From NCBI GenBank assembly GCA_963743525.1, contig CAVUQH010000004.1:32001-96000 (forward strand): a DNA stretch of 64,000 bases, written 5' to 3'. Positions 30,501 to 43,039 of this stretch are shown here, piece by piece. Within the stretch, counting starts at the first letter, position 1. The number at the start of each line of letters is the position of its first letter. This stretch comes from an uncultured delta proteobacterium (GTDB lineage Bacteria; Myxococcota_A; Polyangia; Haliangiales; Haliangiaceae). Below the pieces are notes generated by a model, which was given only the letters and a program-made list of their open reading frames with translations, ran no database searches and was not told where the DNA came from. Position numbers and translations under genes: made by a program.

Positions 30501-30667
30501 GTGTCGGCGGTACAGGAGCTGATGTCGTCACAGTCGGAATCGACCGTGCACGGCGGCGGCGTGGCATCGGGCGGCGGCGCGGCATCCAGATCGCCCCCCT
30601 TGTTGCTGCCACCGCACGCGGCGAGCAACACCAACAGCACGCTCCCACATAGGAGCCTCATGCGCAC
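27545..30667 (-). CDS. Large cysteine-rich repeat lipoprotein
   Basis: Lipobox LAAC, about 10 CDDGxxCTxDxC-type repeats, CSDSIDNDCDG, then beta-sandwich-like regions. Confidence 0.85.
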   Translation of the reverse strand: MRMRLLCGSVLLVLLAACGGSNKGGDLDAAPPPDATPPPCTVDSDCDDISSCTADTCVNGECQHQAQREGENCNDLLACTENDICINGSCVGEPVDCSVVSDFCNVGSCDEAAGGCVGIPRDDGTSCDDGKFCTVNDHCTAGACMGDPRDCSAAGDACNTGVCDENLADCVPMPVSDGTTCDDGKFCTDSDSCQSGRCVGGPPHSCDDSNACTTDSCSSVTDSCVNDPVAPTPGAEGPVGDATCSDSIDNDCDGKVNAADSDCVQCTTAGDCDDGNACTTDSCSGFLCVNTPLTGTTCSDGDPCTDGDQCDAGSCVSGGPANCADGDSCTVNGCDASGCYHDPLAPSATSVVGTSSDDGTPLSVCLAAGTGARVVVWTALVNTGGGALSGANVTIGGVAAAESTDQPGTYFRVVSAAAAPQSESLAIVATACGQTVTLASTVSMTYAPANSGSGGTGGCAPASGNLRVRVVADETGQPVAGASVLIGQAEDGAAFETSAASLFGGSSSAVSNVATTDANGYVEVYDYSGGLDGAITVTAGTGDRAYFTFTGGHASDVVLPLPLLHPAPPTTTVYDLGTAVPDSTSSSNLDLAVVLPKLGLSFFSDFQSSRFFTQNRCWDSGNSNIGVQEIPANVWVADQCLAFLCLGGHVNEATWSLQLANGVSENVELAHVRIPLSTVNTVLSGGGTISDLLGETNYRRIGFDLGLVPPAPPTSGVSIDLTNDYSVGNTPNRFQITFSGQPTDADLVGTTIGDYSGGDGTGDLVLLGHEMVASGAGSTVSIPNTELDDVNAPSVRRLASITATYINPANHPSVPANRLEGTSTVLLRDDGSGNEPFGPTGGSASVTSFLDVAATTFTGPRTFTWDNARGANGNEPLYSRHELGVLSDSYLPVTSCGTTNEERSKQTPEWIVLRPFDPSCSGDECFTLPVLPASFPRASSGAQKKSGFEALAGSGASCNNAGDCAAGESCVDPDGSGPNAQMCMGGAGTAADPYVVQSYQWVLRLFDLELAAPGWSFDAFELSTLERDVTHESTNRTPFQ
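29650..30550 (-). repeat. Tandem Cys-rich coding repeats (CxDGxxCTxxDxC)
   Basis: Units include CDDISSCTADTC, CDDGKFCTVNDHC, CDDGKFCTDSDSC, CDDSNACTTDSC, CDDGNACTTDSC and CSDGDPCTDGDQC. Bounds approximate. Confidence 0.8.
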
Positions 30668-30705
30668 ACGAACCCCACCCTTCGATCGTAGTATAGTGAA
30701 AGCCG

Positions 30706-31635
30706 ATGGCGGGGAGGTGGCTTTTGTCGGCGACCCTGCTCGCTGCGTTGGGGCTGGGCGCCTGCGGCAAGTCCGACGCGACGAGTGATGCCGGTACGCC
30801 CGATGCCGAGCCGGAGCTTTGCACGCTGGCGCCGGGTCAGAGCTACGTGCTGTCGCAGATTCACATCGGCACGCCCGACGTCGGACTGGATCTCGACGGC
30901 GACGGCCAGGTCGACAACATGATCGGGCAGATGCCGGACACCGCCCGGCAGAGCTCCAACGACGCCTTCGACAACTCGATCGCCACCGGCGAGCTCGACA
31001 TGTTGTTCCACATCACCGACTGGACCGATCCACCGACCGCCAGCGATCCCAACATCAGCTTCGACGTCTTCGTCGGCGTTAACGCCGACTCGCCGTACGA
31101 TCCGAGCAACAACCTCAACGGTAACGGCGAGTTCTACGTGCGTCTGGACCAGTTCGACCTCAACTGCATGCCGGCCCAGCGGGCCGAGAGCGCGCACATC
31201 GACAACCGAGAGCTGGTTGCCACCCGCCAGGACGGCTGGCAGTTCGTGCTGACCATCAACGGCGCCATGGAGTTCACCAAGGCCACGGTCATCGCCGACC
31301 TCAGCCCCGACTACGCCACCGGCACCGGCCTGCTCAGCGCCGCGCTGACGATCTGTTCTCTCGACAAGCTGCCGTTCCCCGGCGACCTCCAGGGCTCGGT
31401 GCTCGACGTTTTCGCCAACGAGCCGACCTTCTCCGCGGTCACCCCCGACATCGATCTCGACGGCGACGGGCTCGAACAGGTGATCGGCGACGGCGTGTCG
31501 ATCGCCGAGTGTATCGACGGCGACGGCACCGTGATCCCCGGCGCCGACTGCGTCTGCAGCCCCAAGATCGCCGACGCCTATTCCATGGGTGCCGAGGTCC
31601 AGCTGGTCAAAGCGAAGATCGTCGGAGTCCGATGA
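30706..31635 (+). CDS. Hypothetical acidic lipoprotein with DxDGDG Ca-binding-like motifs
   Basis: Lipobox LGAC, GLDLDGDGQVDN and DIDLDGDG. Confidence 0.8.
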   Translation: MAGRWLLSATLLAALGLGACGKSDATSDAGTPDAEPELCTLAPGQSYVLSQIHIGTPDVGLDLDGDGQVDNMIGQMPDTARQSSNDAFDNSIATGELDMLFHITDWTDPPTASDPNISFDVFVGVNADSPYDPSNNLNGNGEFYVRLDQFDLNCMPAQRAESAHIDNRELVATRQDGWQFVLTINGAMEFTKATVIADLSPDYATGTGLLSAALTICSLDKLPFPGDLQGSVLDVFANEPTFSAVTPDIDLDGDGLEQVIGDGVSIAECIDGDGTVIPGADCVCSPKIADAYSMGAEVQLVKAKIVGVR

Positions 31636-33452
31636 ACCGAACCGTTCTGGCAGCTGCCGCAGTCCTGCTGGCGGGCTGCGAGGTGGTGACCGATTTCACC
31701 CTGCAACCGGTGGCCGAGACCACCGAGCAGCTGTGCACGGACGGCAAGGACAACGACTTCGATGGCCTGACCGACTGCCAGGACTGGAACTGTTCCGACC
31801 AGCTTCCGTGCTGCGACATCCCGGTCGTGCAGCTGGTCGACGATTTCGACAACGGCCCGGCAGATTGCGCCACCGACGGCTGCGACGGCGCTCGCTGCGA
31901 TCAGCCCGACCTGTGCGCGCCCGACACCAGCGCCTGGCACACCTGGCCCTGCCCGGTCACCACAGAGTGCGGCGGCGCCCTCCACTTCAACAAGACCCGG
32001 GTCAACTGCTTCGAGTCCGGCGTACTGAGCAAGGTGCCGGTGACCGTGGGTCCCGGGCTGATCATCGAGGCCGATGTCGTCGGCCGCCCGGAGAAACTGG
32101 GCTACGTCGAGTTCGGACTGACCATCCAGACCGAGCAGGATCTGGGCGGCTCGCTGGATCCGTGCGGCTCCAGCCAGCACGTGATCCTGTTCGCCTCGAT
32201 CCGTCAGGTCTACGACGACGCCGGTTATCGCGCCGTCGCCACCTTCCAGCAGACCGAGGTCGGCGAGTCGGCCCCGGTGACGGACACCGGCGTGCCCCAC
32301 CGGCTGGCCATCACCGTCAACGACGACCGCCAGGTCCACTACTCCCTCGACGGTGAAGAGTTCGCCGCCGGCGTGGTTCCGGTCCCGAGCAGCACCGAAG
32401 AGGTTCGGCTGGCCGTCACCGGCGTCACCGAGACGGCCACGGTCAACGCGGTGCGCGTACAGGCGGGCCGGCTGTGCCACGACCCGACCGGATGGCAGCT
32501 GACCGGGGCCGACGCCGACAGCTCGATGGTGTTCGGAATCGACCCGCAGACCGGGCTCGAGTTCGACGCCGACGAGGTGTTCTCGCCCAGTCTGCGCTTC
32601 GACGGCGACCAGACCGAGCTGTACTACACAGGCTGCCCGTGGACGTCCGGTCGCAGCGAATGTGATCCCCTGGCGATCGGCATCGGACGCGCGCACCTGG
32701 ACAACGGTCAGTTCGTGCGCGATTCGCCGACGCCGCTGTTCACGGCCGCCGACGTGCCCGGCGGCGAGCTGTCCGGGTTGCGACTCGACATGCAGATCGA
32801 TGCCACCGGCGGTGCGGACTTCCGCGGCTACCTCGCGCCCGGATCCGGCGCTCCGGTCTTCGAGGTCGATCACAGTTTCACCCAGATCACCGCGGCGCTG
32901 CCGGCCGGCGCGCTCGGCGACTTCGACGAGGCGGACGTCTGCTGCCCGTCAGTGGTCGACCTGCCCGACGGACGCTCGATGATGTTCTACGCGGGCAGCC
33001 GGGTGCGCAACGCGGTCAACAACTGGCAGATCGGCCTGGCGATCTCGGACGACGGCGGCAAGACGTTCACCCGCTACGCTGACAACCCGATCTTCCGGCC
33101 GGGCCCGGCGGGGTCGTTCGACTCCGACGGCGTGTTCGATCCGGTCGTGGTCTACGAGCCGGGGCGCAACCTGTTCCACATGTGGTACGAGGCGCGCGAC
33201 TTCTTCGGCACGGTGACCATCGGCTACGCGGTGTTAACGGACGGCATCAACTGGTCGAGGTTCCCCGGCAACCCGGTCATCGACCCGCGCGATTTCGGGT
33301 TCGAATCCACCGGCGGCCCCGAGGTGGTGCTCAGCCCGGACGGCAAGCTGCGCATGTGGCTCAACGGTCGCACGACGGATGCGCCGCGGCGACAGATCTA
33401 CTCGATGTTCAACAACGGCCGCGATCCCAGCGCGGACATGCCCGCCCCGTAG
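31632..33452 (+). CDS. Lipoprotein with a C-terminal five-bladed beta-propeller (GH32/43/130-like)
   Basis: Lipobox LAGC, CTDGKDNDFDGLTDCQDWNC, IGLAISDDG...NPIF, FDSDGVFDPVV, MWYE and IGYA...DGINW...NPVI. Confidence 0.78.
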   Translation: MNRTVLAAAAVLLAGCEVVTDFTLQPVAETTEQLCTDGKDNDFDGLTDCQDWNCSDQLPCCDIPVVQLVDDFDNGPADCATDGCDGARCDQPDLCAPDTSAWHTWPCPVTTECGGALHFNKTRVNCFESGVLSKVPVTVGPGLIIEADVVGRPEKLGYVEFGLTIQTEQDLGGSLDPCGSSQHVILFASIRQVYDDAGYRAVATFQQTEVGESAPVTDTGVPHRLAITVNDDRQVHYSLDGEEFAAGVVPVPSSTEEVRLAVTGVTETATVNAVRVQAGRLCHDPTGWQLTGADADSSMVFGIDPQTGLEFDADEVFSPSLRFDGDQTELYYTGCPWTSGRSECDPLAIGIGRAHLDNGQFVRDSPTPLFTAADVPGGELSGLRLDMQIDATGGADFRGYLAPGSGAPVFEVDHSFTQITAALPAGALGDFDEADVCCPSVVDLPDGRSMMFYAGSRVRNAVNNWQIGLAISDDGGKTFTRYADNPIFRPGPAGSFDSDGVFDPVVVYEPGRNLFHMWYEARDFFGTVTIGYAVLTDGINWSRFPGNPVIDPRDFGFESTGGPEVVLSPDGKLRMWLNGRTTDAPRRQIYSMFNNGRDPSADMPAP

Positions 33453-33454
33453 GG

Positions 33455-35032
<1,578 letters not shown>

Positions 35033-35064
35033 GTCTCCACTCGATCCGGCATTATATCCCGAGA

Positions 35065-35343
35065 TCAGTGGCGCAGGAACCAGGCAGTCAGCGCCAGGGC
35101 GGCGCCAAAGGCCGCAATCGCCAGAAACAGCGTCACCAGGCCGCTGCGCATGCCGACCCGAGGCACCCGCTCGGTCCCGTGCGGGATCGGGGAATCCGCG
35201 GACCGGGCTGGGCCCGCCTCCTGGCCCAGGATCTCGGTGGTGGCGCTGTGCAGCCGGCTGCGACGCCGGGTCTCCTCCAGCACCCCGGTGGTCTCCAGAT
35301 CCGTTGGATCGAGTGGCAGGTTTCTCTCGGTATCGTCGGACAT
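35065..35343 (-). CDS. Small membrane-anchored hypothetical protein
   Basis: 92 aa with a C-terminal TM helix. Lies 2 bp downstream of a kinase gene on the same strand. Confidence 0.6.
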   Translation of the reverse strand: MSDDTERNLPLDPTDLETTGVLEETRRRSRLHSATTEILGQEAGPARSADSPIPHGTERVPRVGMRSGLVTLFLAIAAFGAALALTAWFLRH

Positions 35344-35345
35344 GG

Positions 35346-36821
35346 CTACTGCGGCGTGGAGATCTGCTCCTGCACCGCGCGAGCTCGGTCGCGCAGCTCC
35401 GGGTTGGCGGAACGAGTGGCCTCGTCGAGACGCGGCATGGCCGCGCTGCCGATCTTGTCGACCAGGAGCTGTGCGGCGGCTTCGTGCGAGCTGTCGTCGG
35501 CCAGCGCCTCGACGACGTCTCCGATCAGGCGTTCGTCTGCGCTGAACGCAGGATCCAGGGCGATCGCGAGGTGGTACTCCTTCACTGCGTCGACCCAGCG
35601 CAGCTTCTCGGTGTACAGGTTGCCCAGGGCGTAGCGGACGTCGGCCCGGCGCGGCTGTTGGTTGCTCAGCTCTTCGAGCCCGGCCAGCGCCTTGTTGGAC
35701 TCGCCATCGGCCGCGAGCTTGCGCAGCGCCGCGATGTCGTCGGTACGCGCCACGTCCTCGGCCGGCTCCTCCTGGGTCTCGGGCGCGGCATCGGGCGGCA
35801 CCGCCTTCTTCTTGGCGTGTCGCGGATGCTTCTTGGCCGCGGCGGGTTTCTTCGCGGGGGCGTCGTCGCCGCTGCCCGGGTTGACGGCAAAGGCGACGAC
35901 CACGATGGCCGCCAGCGCCGCAGCCCCCAGACCGATGAGGATGGCGCCGCGGCGGCTGACCCCGCCGTCGCCGGCCTCCGGCGTCTGGTCCAGTGCCACG
36001 CCCAGCTCGGCCATCGACGCGAAGCGAGCGTCTGGATCCTTGGCCAGCGCGCGCAGGACGACAGCCTCGAGCTTGGACGACAGGCGCATGCCCAGCGCCA
36101 GCTGCGACGGCCTCGTCGGCGGCACCTCGCGGTGCATGCGCATCACCTCGAAGACGTCCGGGTCCTGGAACGGCTTTCGCCCGACCAGCAGCTCGTAGAG
36201 GATGATGCCGACGGCGTAGATGTCCGCGCGCTGGTCAACCTTGCGGCCGATGGTCTGCTCCGGCGACATGTAGCCGGGCGTGCCCAGCGCCAGGCCGGTG
36301 GTGACCGACTGCTTGTCGCGCAGCTTGGCCAGACCGAAGTCGAGGATGCGCACCTGCTCGCCCTGGCCCTCGACGTTGGAGACGATGATGTTCTCCGGCT
36401 TGATGTCCCGGTGGATGATCCCCTGGCCGTGGGCGTGGGACAGACCGGCGACCAGCTGCCTGACGATGCGCACCGCCCGCCGCGGGTCGAGCCGGACGTC
36501 GTCGCGGAGGATCTGCCGCAGGGTCCGTCCGGTGACGAAATCCATCACCAGGTAGGGCGACCCCTCGGCGACTCCGAAGTCGATCACGCCGACGCAGTTG
36601 GGGTGCGACAGCCGGCTCATCGCCTTGGCCTCGACCTCGAACCGACGCCGACCGTCGTCCGTGGCGGCGAACGATTCGTTGAGGATCTTCACCGCGACGG
36701 GGCGGCCCAAACCGAGACGCTCGCCGCGGTAGACAATCCCCATCGTGCCCGCGGTGACGTGCTCCAAGAGCCGATAGCGGTCGTGGAGTACCATTCCCAC
36801 ACGGGGGTCCGCGGCCACCAT
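35346..36821 (-). CDS. Ser/Thr protein kinase with TM and C-terminal TPR-like helices
   Basis: VAVK, HRDIKPEN, DFG, GTPGYMSPE and TPR-like RYALGNLY...AVKEYHLAIALDP. Confidence 0.94.
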   Translation of the reverse strand: MVAADPRVGMVLHDRYRLLEHVTAGTMGIVYRGERLGLGRPVAVKILNESFAATDDGRRRFEVEAKAMSRLSHPNCVGVIDFGVAEGSPYLVMDFVTGRTLRQILRDDVRLDPRRAVRIVRQLVAGLSHAHGQGIIHRDIKPENIIVSNVEGQGEQVRILDFGLAKLRDKQSVTTGLALGTPGYMSPEQTIGRKVDQRADIYAVGIILYELLVGRKPFQDPDVFEVMRMHREVPPTRPSQLALGMRLSSKLEAVVLRALAKDPDARFASMAELGVALDQTPEAGDGGVSRRGAILIGLGAAALAAIVVVAFAVNPGSGDDAPAKKPAAAKKHPRHAKKKAVPPDAAPETQEEPAEDVARTDDIAALRKLAADGESNKALAGLEELSNQQPRRADVRYALGNLYTEKLRWVDAVKEYHLAIALDPAFSADERLIGDVVEALADDSSHEAAAQLLVDKIGSAAMPRLDEATRSANPELRDRARAVQEQISTPQ

Positions 36822-36871
36822 GGCCCAAGCGTACCAGAGCCTCCAAAAAATCGTATAATCACGCGCAGCTA

Positions 36872-38737
<1,866 letters not shown>

Positions 38738-38852
38738 GACGGTTGGCCCCACGAACTGGCTCGTTGGAGTTCCTGGCCAGTCGACTAGCCGCCGGCAACC
38801 CATTGAAATCATGCATTGACGCAGTGGCACAATCGGTGCACTAAGGTTCGCC

Positions 38853-39869
38853 ATGCGAGCCTTGGTTCCCGGTTTGGTGGTGACGTCGGTGTTGGTGGCG
38901 GCGAACGCGCCCGCGTACGCGCTCAAGCAGAGTGCGCACCAGTCGATCAGTCGTCAGGCGTGCGACGACGCCGGGCTGCCGGCGGAGTTCTGCGAGCGCC
39001 TCGGCATCGCCGCCTACGACGTCGATCGGTACGAGTGGGATACCCCGGCGGCGCACGCGCAGATGGAGCCGGGCCAGAGCGTCTGCGACGGCGCCAACGC
39101 GACCCTCACCCGGGTGCGCGACCTCGGCATCAGCGTGCGCAACGACCTCGCCCTGGTGGCGACGGCGCCGTCGGCCGACCGCGCCGAGCAGGTGGCCATC
39201 GAGCTGGGACGCGCCCTGCACACGGTGCAGGACAACTGCGCCCACCGCGGCATGCCCAACCCGGAGCACGCCTGGGACTCGATCAGCGACACCTGCACCG
39301 GCACCAAGCTCAGCCCCGACACCCGGCCGGACGCTTTCTCGTGCGCCCGGGACGAGACCGAGATCATCATGGACTCGTTCGTCGCGGCGATGGACGAGGC
39401 CGGGGTCCACAACGGCGACCTGTCCAAGGTCAACGAGGGCTTCACCCACTGGCCCACGCACGGCGACGTCTGCGACTTCCTGGCCAGCGCCACCGAGTGG
39501 GACGGCCAGGACCGCGGGTGGAACAACGAGATCATGTCGCCGGCGCTGCGCGACCAGCTGACCGGCGCGTTCGCCTCGGCGGAACCGCCCGCCATCGACG
39601 CCTGCGCCGACGGTGCCAGTGCGCTCGAGGCGGCTCCGGCGAAGCCGGTCGATATCGCCACAGGCGTGCCCAGCTGCCCCGGCATCCACCTCTACTGCTT
39701 CGGCAAGGCGGATGGGGCCGACGAGCCGCCGCCGTGGGACGACGGCAGCACCGGCGAGGACGACCTGCAGCCGGCCGGCTGCGCCGCGGGCAGCGGCAGC
39801 GGTGCCGGCGCTGCCGCCCTGATGCTGCTCCTGGTCGGGCTGGCGGCGACCCGCCGGCGCCGCGCCTAG
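38853..39869 (+). CDS. MYXO-CTERM-anchored protein, possible Zn-dependent phospholipase C / P1-nuclease-like fold
   Basis: Signal peptide, His early in the mature protein, GRALHTVQDNCAH, and a C-terminal GC...hydrophobic...RRRR sorting signal. Confidence 0.72.
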   Translation: MRALVPGLVVTSVLVAANAPAYALKQSAHQSISRQACDDAGLPAEFCERLGIAAYDVDRYEWDTPAAHAQMEPGQSVCDGANATLTRVRDLGISVRNDLALVATAPSADRAEQVAIELGRALHTVQDNCAHRGMPNPEHAWDSISDTCTGTKLSPDTRPDAFSCARDETEIIMDSFVAAMDEAGVHNGDLSKVNEGFTHWPTHGDVCDFLASATEWDGQDRGWNNEIMSPALRDQLTGAFASAEPPAIDACADGASALEAAPAKPVDIATGVPSCPGIHLYCFGKADGADEPPPWDDGSTGEDDLQPAGCAAGSGSGAGAAALMLLLVGLAATRRRRA

Positions 39870-40360
39870 AAGTTGTTCGGGTCGGGGTGCGCGATCAGCA
39901 TCCGCTCGTCGTGCACCTGGGTCCCATCGACCGCAGTGACGTTGACCGTGAAGCGAATCTGCATGCCGTCGAGCTGGGTGTCGGAGGTGACGTCGAGGAT
40001 CACCGCGCGGCCGACCATTTCGAACCTGCCGTCGCCGACGGGGTCCAGCCCCTGGACATAGTGAGCGGCGTCGGCGTCAACCTGCTGGCCGCCGGCGTAG
40101 ACGTGGAACACCGTGGTCGGATTGGACGGGTCGGACAGGTCGTCGGCGTTGCCGGCGTCGATGTTGGCCACCCGCACCGCGCCCCAGATGTGGAACCCGC
40201 CCTGCGGGCCGAGGACGACGTAGCCGGTGTCGCCGTCGGCCAGCGGCTGGAACTCCACCGCGCCAGTGCCGATGGTCGCCTGCGGCGGTCCCGCGCTGCC
40301 GGCGTCGCTCGCGCATGCGCCCAGCGCGAGCGCCGGTAGCAGTGCAGCCAGCAGTCTCAC
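39866..40360 (-). CDS. Hypothetical lipoprotein (myxobacterial GPQGG-H family)
   Basis: Lipobox LGAC and IGTG...F..L.DG...GPQGGFHIW. GTGA overlap with the kelch gene. Confidence 0.75.
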   Translation of the reverse strand: MRLLAALLPALALGACASDAGSAGPPQATIGTGAVEFQPLADGDTGYVVLGPQGGFHIWGAVRVANIDAGNADDLSDPSNPTTVFHVYAGGQQVDADAAHYVQGLDPVGDGRFEMVGRAVILDVTSDTQLDGMQIRFTVNVTAVDGTQVHDERMLIAHPDPNNF

Positions 40361-41580
40361 AGGCACAGACAGGTGCACGAATCGTTGCGCCGGGCGCAGC
40401 TCTCGCCGCTTCGCGCCTCCATTACCTGGCTCCAGCTGCCCGCGACTAGATCGTAGCGCCAGGTGTCGTCGAGATGGTCGCTGCAGTCGGATATGCCGCC
40501 GAACAGCCACAGCGAATCGCCGACCACCGCGAACATGCCACCCGACCGGCGCTCGGGCGCGCTCAGGTCCTGGTCAACGTAGTCGGCGGGAATTTCGGCG
40601 GCGTTGCCGCCGCAGCCCAGAGCCCCGCCGGTGAAGGTGTCGCCGGTGGCCAGCTGGCTCCAGCTGCCCGCAGTCGGATCGAACGCCCACAGATCGTTGG
40701 CCACCCCGGGGTCGGCGTGGCCGCCGAACAGCAAGTAGCGGTCGCGCGCGGCGTCGTAGCTCATCATCGCCGAGAAACGTCCCGACGGCGCCGTGCCGGT
40801 GCCATCGTGCAGCTCCGACCAGGTCATCGTCGACAGGTCCAGCGCGTACAGATCATTGAGCCCCGGCGACACGAAGTCGCCGACCTGACCGCCGAAGACG
40901 ATCAGCCGGTTGCGCTGCGAATCGTAGGCGTAGGCCATGTACAGCCGCGCCGGCGACGGCGCGGTGCCGGTGGGCGACTCCTGTTGCCACGAGCCGCCGC
41001 CATAGCTCCACACCTCTTGCGACGGGTTGATGGTCAACGCCGACGGATTGGTGTCGCCGCCGTAGACGAACAGCCGGCCCGCGTCCGAATCGTAGGCGCT
41101 GACCGCGTAGTAGCGCGGCGACGGCGCACCAGTGGTGCCCGGATCGACCTCGCTCCAGCTGCTGTTGGCGCTGTCGAACGCCCACAGATCACTGTACAGA
41201 GTGTAGTTGCCGCTGGTGCCGGCCTGCCGCCAGCGCCCGCCGAAGATCAATACCCGTCCTGCCGGATCGTTGCTGACCGCGTAGCGGCCGCGCGCGCTGG
41301 GCGCCGGGCTGCCGCTGACATCGGTCCAGCCCTGATCGGGCTGGAAGAGCCAGGTGTCGCCGAGGTATTCCGCCTTGGGAATCTGGTCGACGATCGGTCC
41401 GTCGTTGCCGCCGAAAACCATGATCGACCCGGTGGACGGATCGCCGACGGCGGCGATGTCGCTCCGCTTGCCCGGGCGCATGTCATTGGAGATGCCGGCG
41501 TCCGGGGTGGGAGGTGTAGACGAGCCACCGCCACCGCAACCGACGACGACGAGGAACAGAATCGCGACGCGGCGAACCAT
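40357..41580 (-). CDS. Kelch-repeat beta-propeller lipoprotein
   Basis: Lipobox VVGC and six PSxR...FGG...DxW repeats. Confidence 0.9.
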   Translation of the reverse strand: MVRRVAILFLVVVGCGGGGSSTPPTPDAGISNDMRPGKRSDIAAVGDPSTGSIMVFGGNDGPIVDQIPKAEYLGDTWLFQPDQGWTDVSGSPAPSARGRYAVSNDPAGRVLIFGGRWRQAGTSGNYTLYSDLWAFDSANSSWSEVDPGTTGAPSPRYYAVSAYDSDAGRLFVYGGDTNPSALTINPSQEVWSYGGGSWQQESPTGTAPSPARLYMAYAYDSQRNRLIVFGGQVGDFVSPGLNDLYALDLSTMTWSELHDGTGTAPSGRFSAMMSYDAARDRYLLFGGHADPGVANDLWAFDPTAGSWSQLATGDTFTGGALGCGGNAAEIPADYVDQDLSAPERRSGGMFAVVGDSLWLFGGISDCSDHLDDTWRYDLVAGSWSQVMEARSGESCARRNDSCTCLCL

Positions 41581-41658
41581 CGCGGGAGTATGCCAGTGTC
41601 CCGAGTCAGGGTCACCTGGGGCGTGCCGCCGCCAGTCATTCGTGAGATCCTGCACACC

Positions 41659-43005
41659 ATGAGCACCACCGCGAGGATCACGAACCTGCCGCCGCTGGAG
41701 TCGTCCGAAGAGGTCGAGACGATCCCATGGTTCGACGGTGCGCTCGAGATCGACGACGCGGCGCCACCGCCGGCGCCGCCACCGATTCCGGCGGCGAGCG
41801 GCCCGGCGCGGGCCGGCAGCCAACTGCGCGACGAGGGCGAGATCGGGCGCGGTGGAATGGGAACGATCCGCCGGTTGTACGACCCCGAGCTTCGCCGCCG
41901 CGTGGCGATGAAGGTGCTCGCTCCCTCGCCCGACCCGGTGGCCGAGCGGCGCTTCATCGAGGAGGCACGCATCACCGGTCTGCTCGACCATCCCAACGTC
42001 GTGCCCATCCACGACCTGGTCGTCGACAACCAGGGAGTCGTGAGTTACACGATGAAGCTGGTCAAGGGCGAGACGCTCACCGAGCTCATCGCACGGCAGA
42101 AGTCCGTACGCGACCTCGAACACATCCTCGAGTGCGTCATCAAGGTTTGCGAGGCGCTGTCGTTTGCCCACGGCCACGGCGTGATCCACCGAGACCTCAA
42201 GCCGGACAACATCATGGTCGGCAGCCACGGCCAGGTCTACGTGATGGACTGGGGCTGCGCCCAGGTGTTCGGCGAGGACCGATCGATCGTCGACGGACGC
42301 CAGGACGACGACGGTCTGGTCATCGGCACGGTCGCCTACATGGCTCCCGAACAGGCCAATGGTCACGTCAGCAAGCTGGACGGCCGGACCGACGTCTTCG
42401 GCGTCGGCGCAATCTTGTACAAGACCCTAACCGGCAAACCGCCCTACCCCGGCGAGACGATGACCGCTCTCTTCCGCGCCCAGCAAGGCGACGTCGTGCC
42501 GCTCGACGCCGACAGCGGCAACCCGATCAAGCCGCCGCCGCACCTCAGCCAGATCACGATGAAGGCGATGGCCGTGGATCCGGCGGACCGCTTTCAAACC
42601 ACCGACGAGCTCGCCGATCAGTTGCGTGCGTTTCTCAAGGGCGGCAACTGGTTCCCACTGCACACCTTTCCCGACGGGGCGCCGATCGTGCAGGAAGGCG
42701 AACCTGCCGACGCCGCCTACATCATCACCAGGGGCGCGTGCGAGGTGCGCAAGAGCGATCCGGCAGATCCCAGCCGCACGCTGTTGCTCCGGACCCTCGG
42801 CGAAGGCGAGGTGTTCGGCGAGACGGCCATCTTCGCCGACGCCCCCCGCTCGGCGAGCGTCATCGCCGTCGGCGAGGTCAGAGCGGTCGTCGTCGACCGC
42901 GCCTCGATCGAGCGGCTCACCAAGAGCTCGTGGCTGGGCATGTTCGTCAAATCGCTCGCCGATCGCTTCCTCGACATCGACGCGCAGCTGGCCAAGACTC
43001 GCTAG
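41659..43005 (+). CDS. Ser/Thr protein kinase with a C-terminal cyclic-nucleotide-binding domain
   Basis: GRGGMG, VAMK, HRDLKPDN, DWG and GTVAYMAPE. cNMP domain IVQEGEPADAAYII...FGETAIFADAPRSASV. Confidence 0.93.
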   Translation: MSTTARITNLPPLESSEEVETIPWFDGALEIDDAAPPPAPPPIPAASGPARAGSQLRDEGEIGRGGMGTIRRLYDPELRRRVAMKVLAPSPDPVAERRFIEEARITGLLDHPNVVPIHDLVVDNQGVVSYTMKLVKGETLTELIARQKSVRDLEHILECVIKVCEALSFAHGHGVIHRDLKPDNIMVGSHGQVYVMDWGCAQVFGEDRSIVDGRQDDDGLVIGTVAYMAPEQANGHVSKLDGRTDVFGVGAILYKTLTGKPPYPGETMTALFRAQQGDVVPLDADSGNPIKPPPHLSQITMKAMAVDPADRFQTTDELADQLRAFLKGGNWFPLHTFPDGAPIVQEGEPADAAYIITRGACEVRKSDPADPSRTLLLRTLGEGEVFGETAIFADAPRSASVIAVGEVRAVVVDRASIERLTKSSWLGMFVKSLADRFLDIDAQLAKTR

Positions 43006-43039
43006 CGGGGCCGGCACGTGCCGGTGATACAATCGCCGG

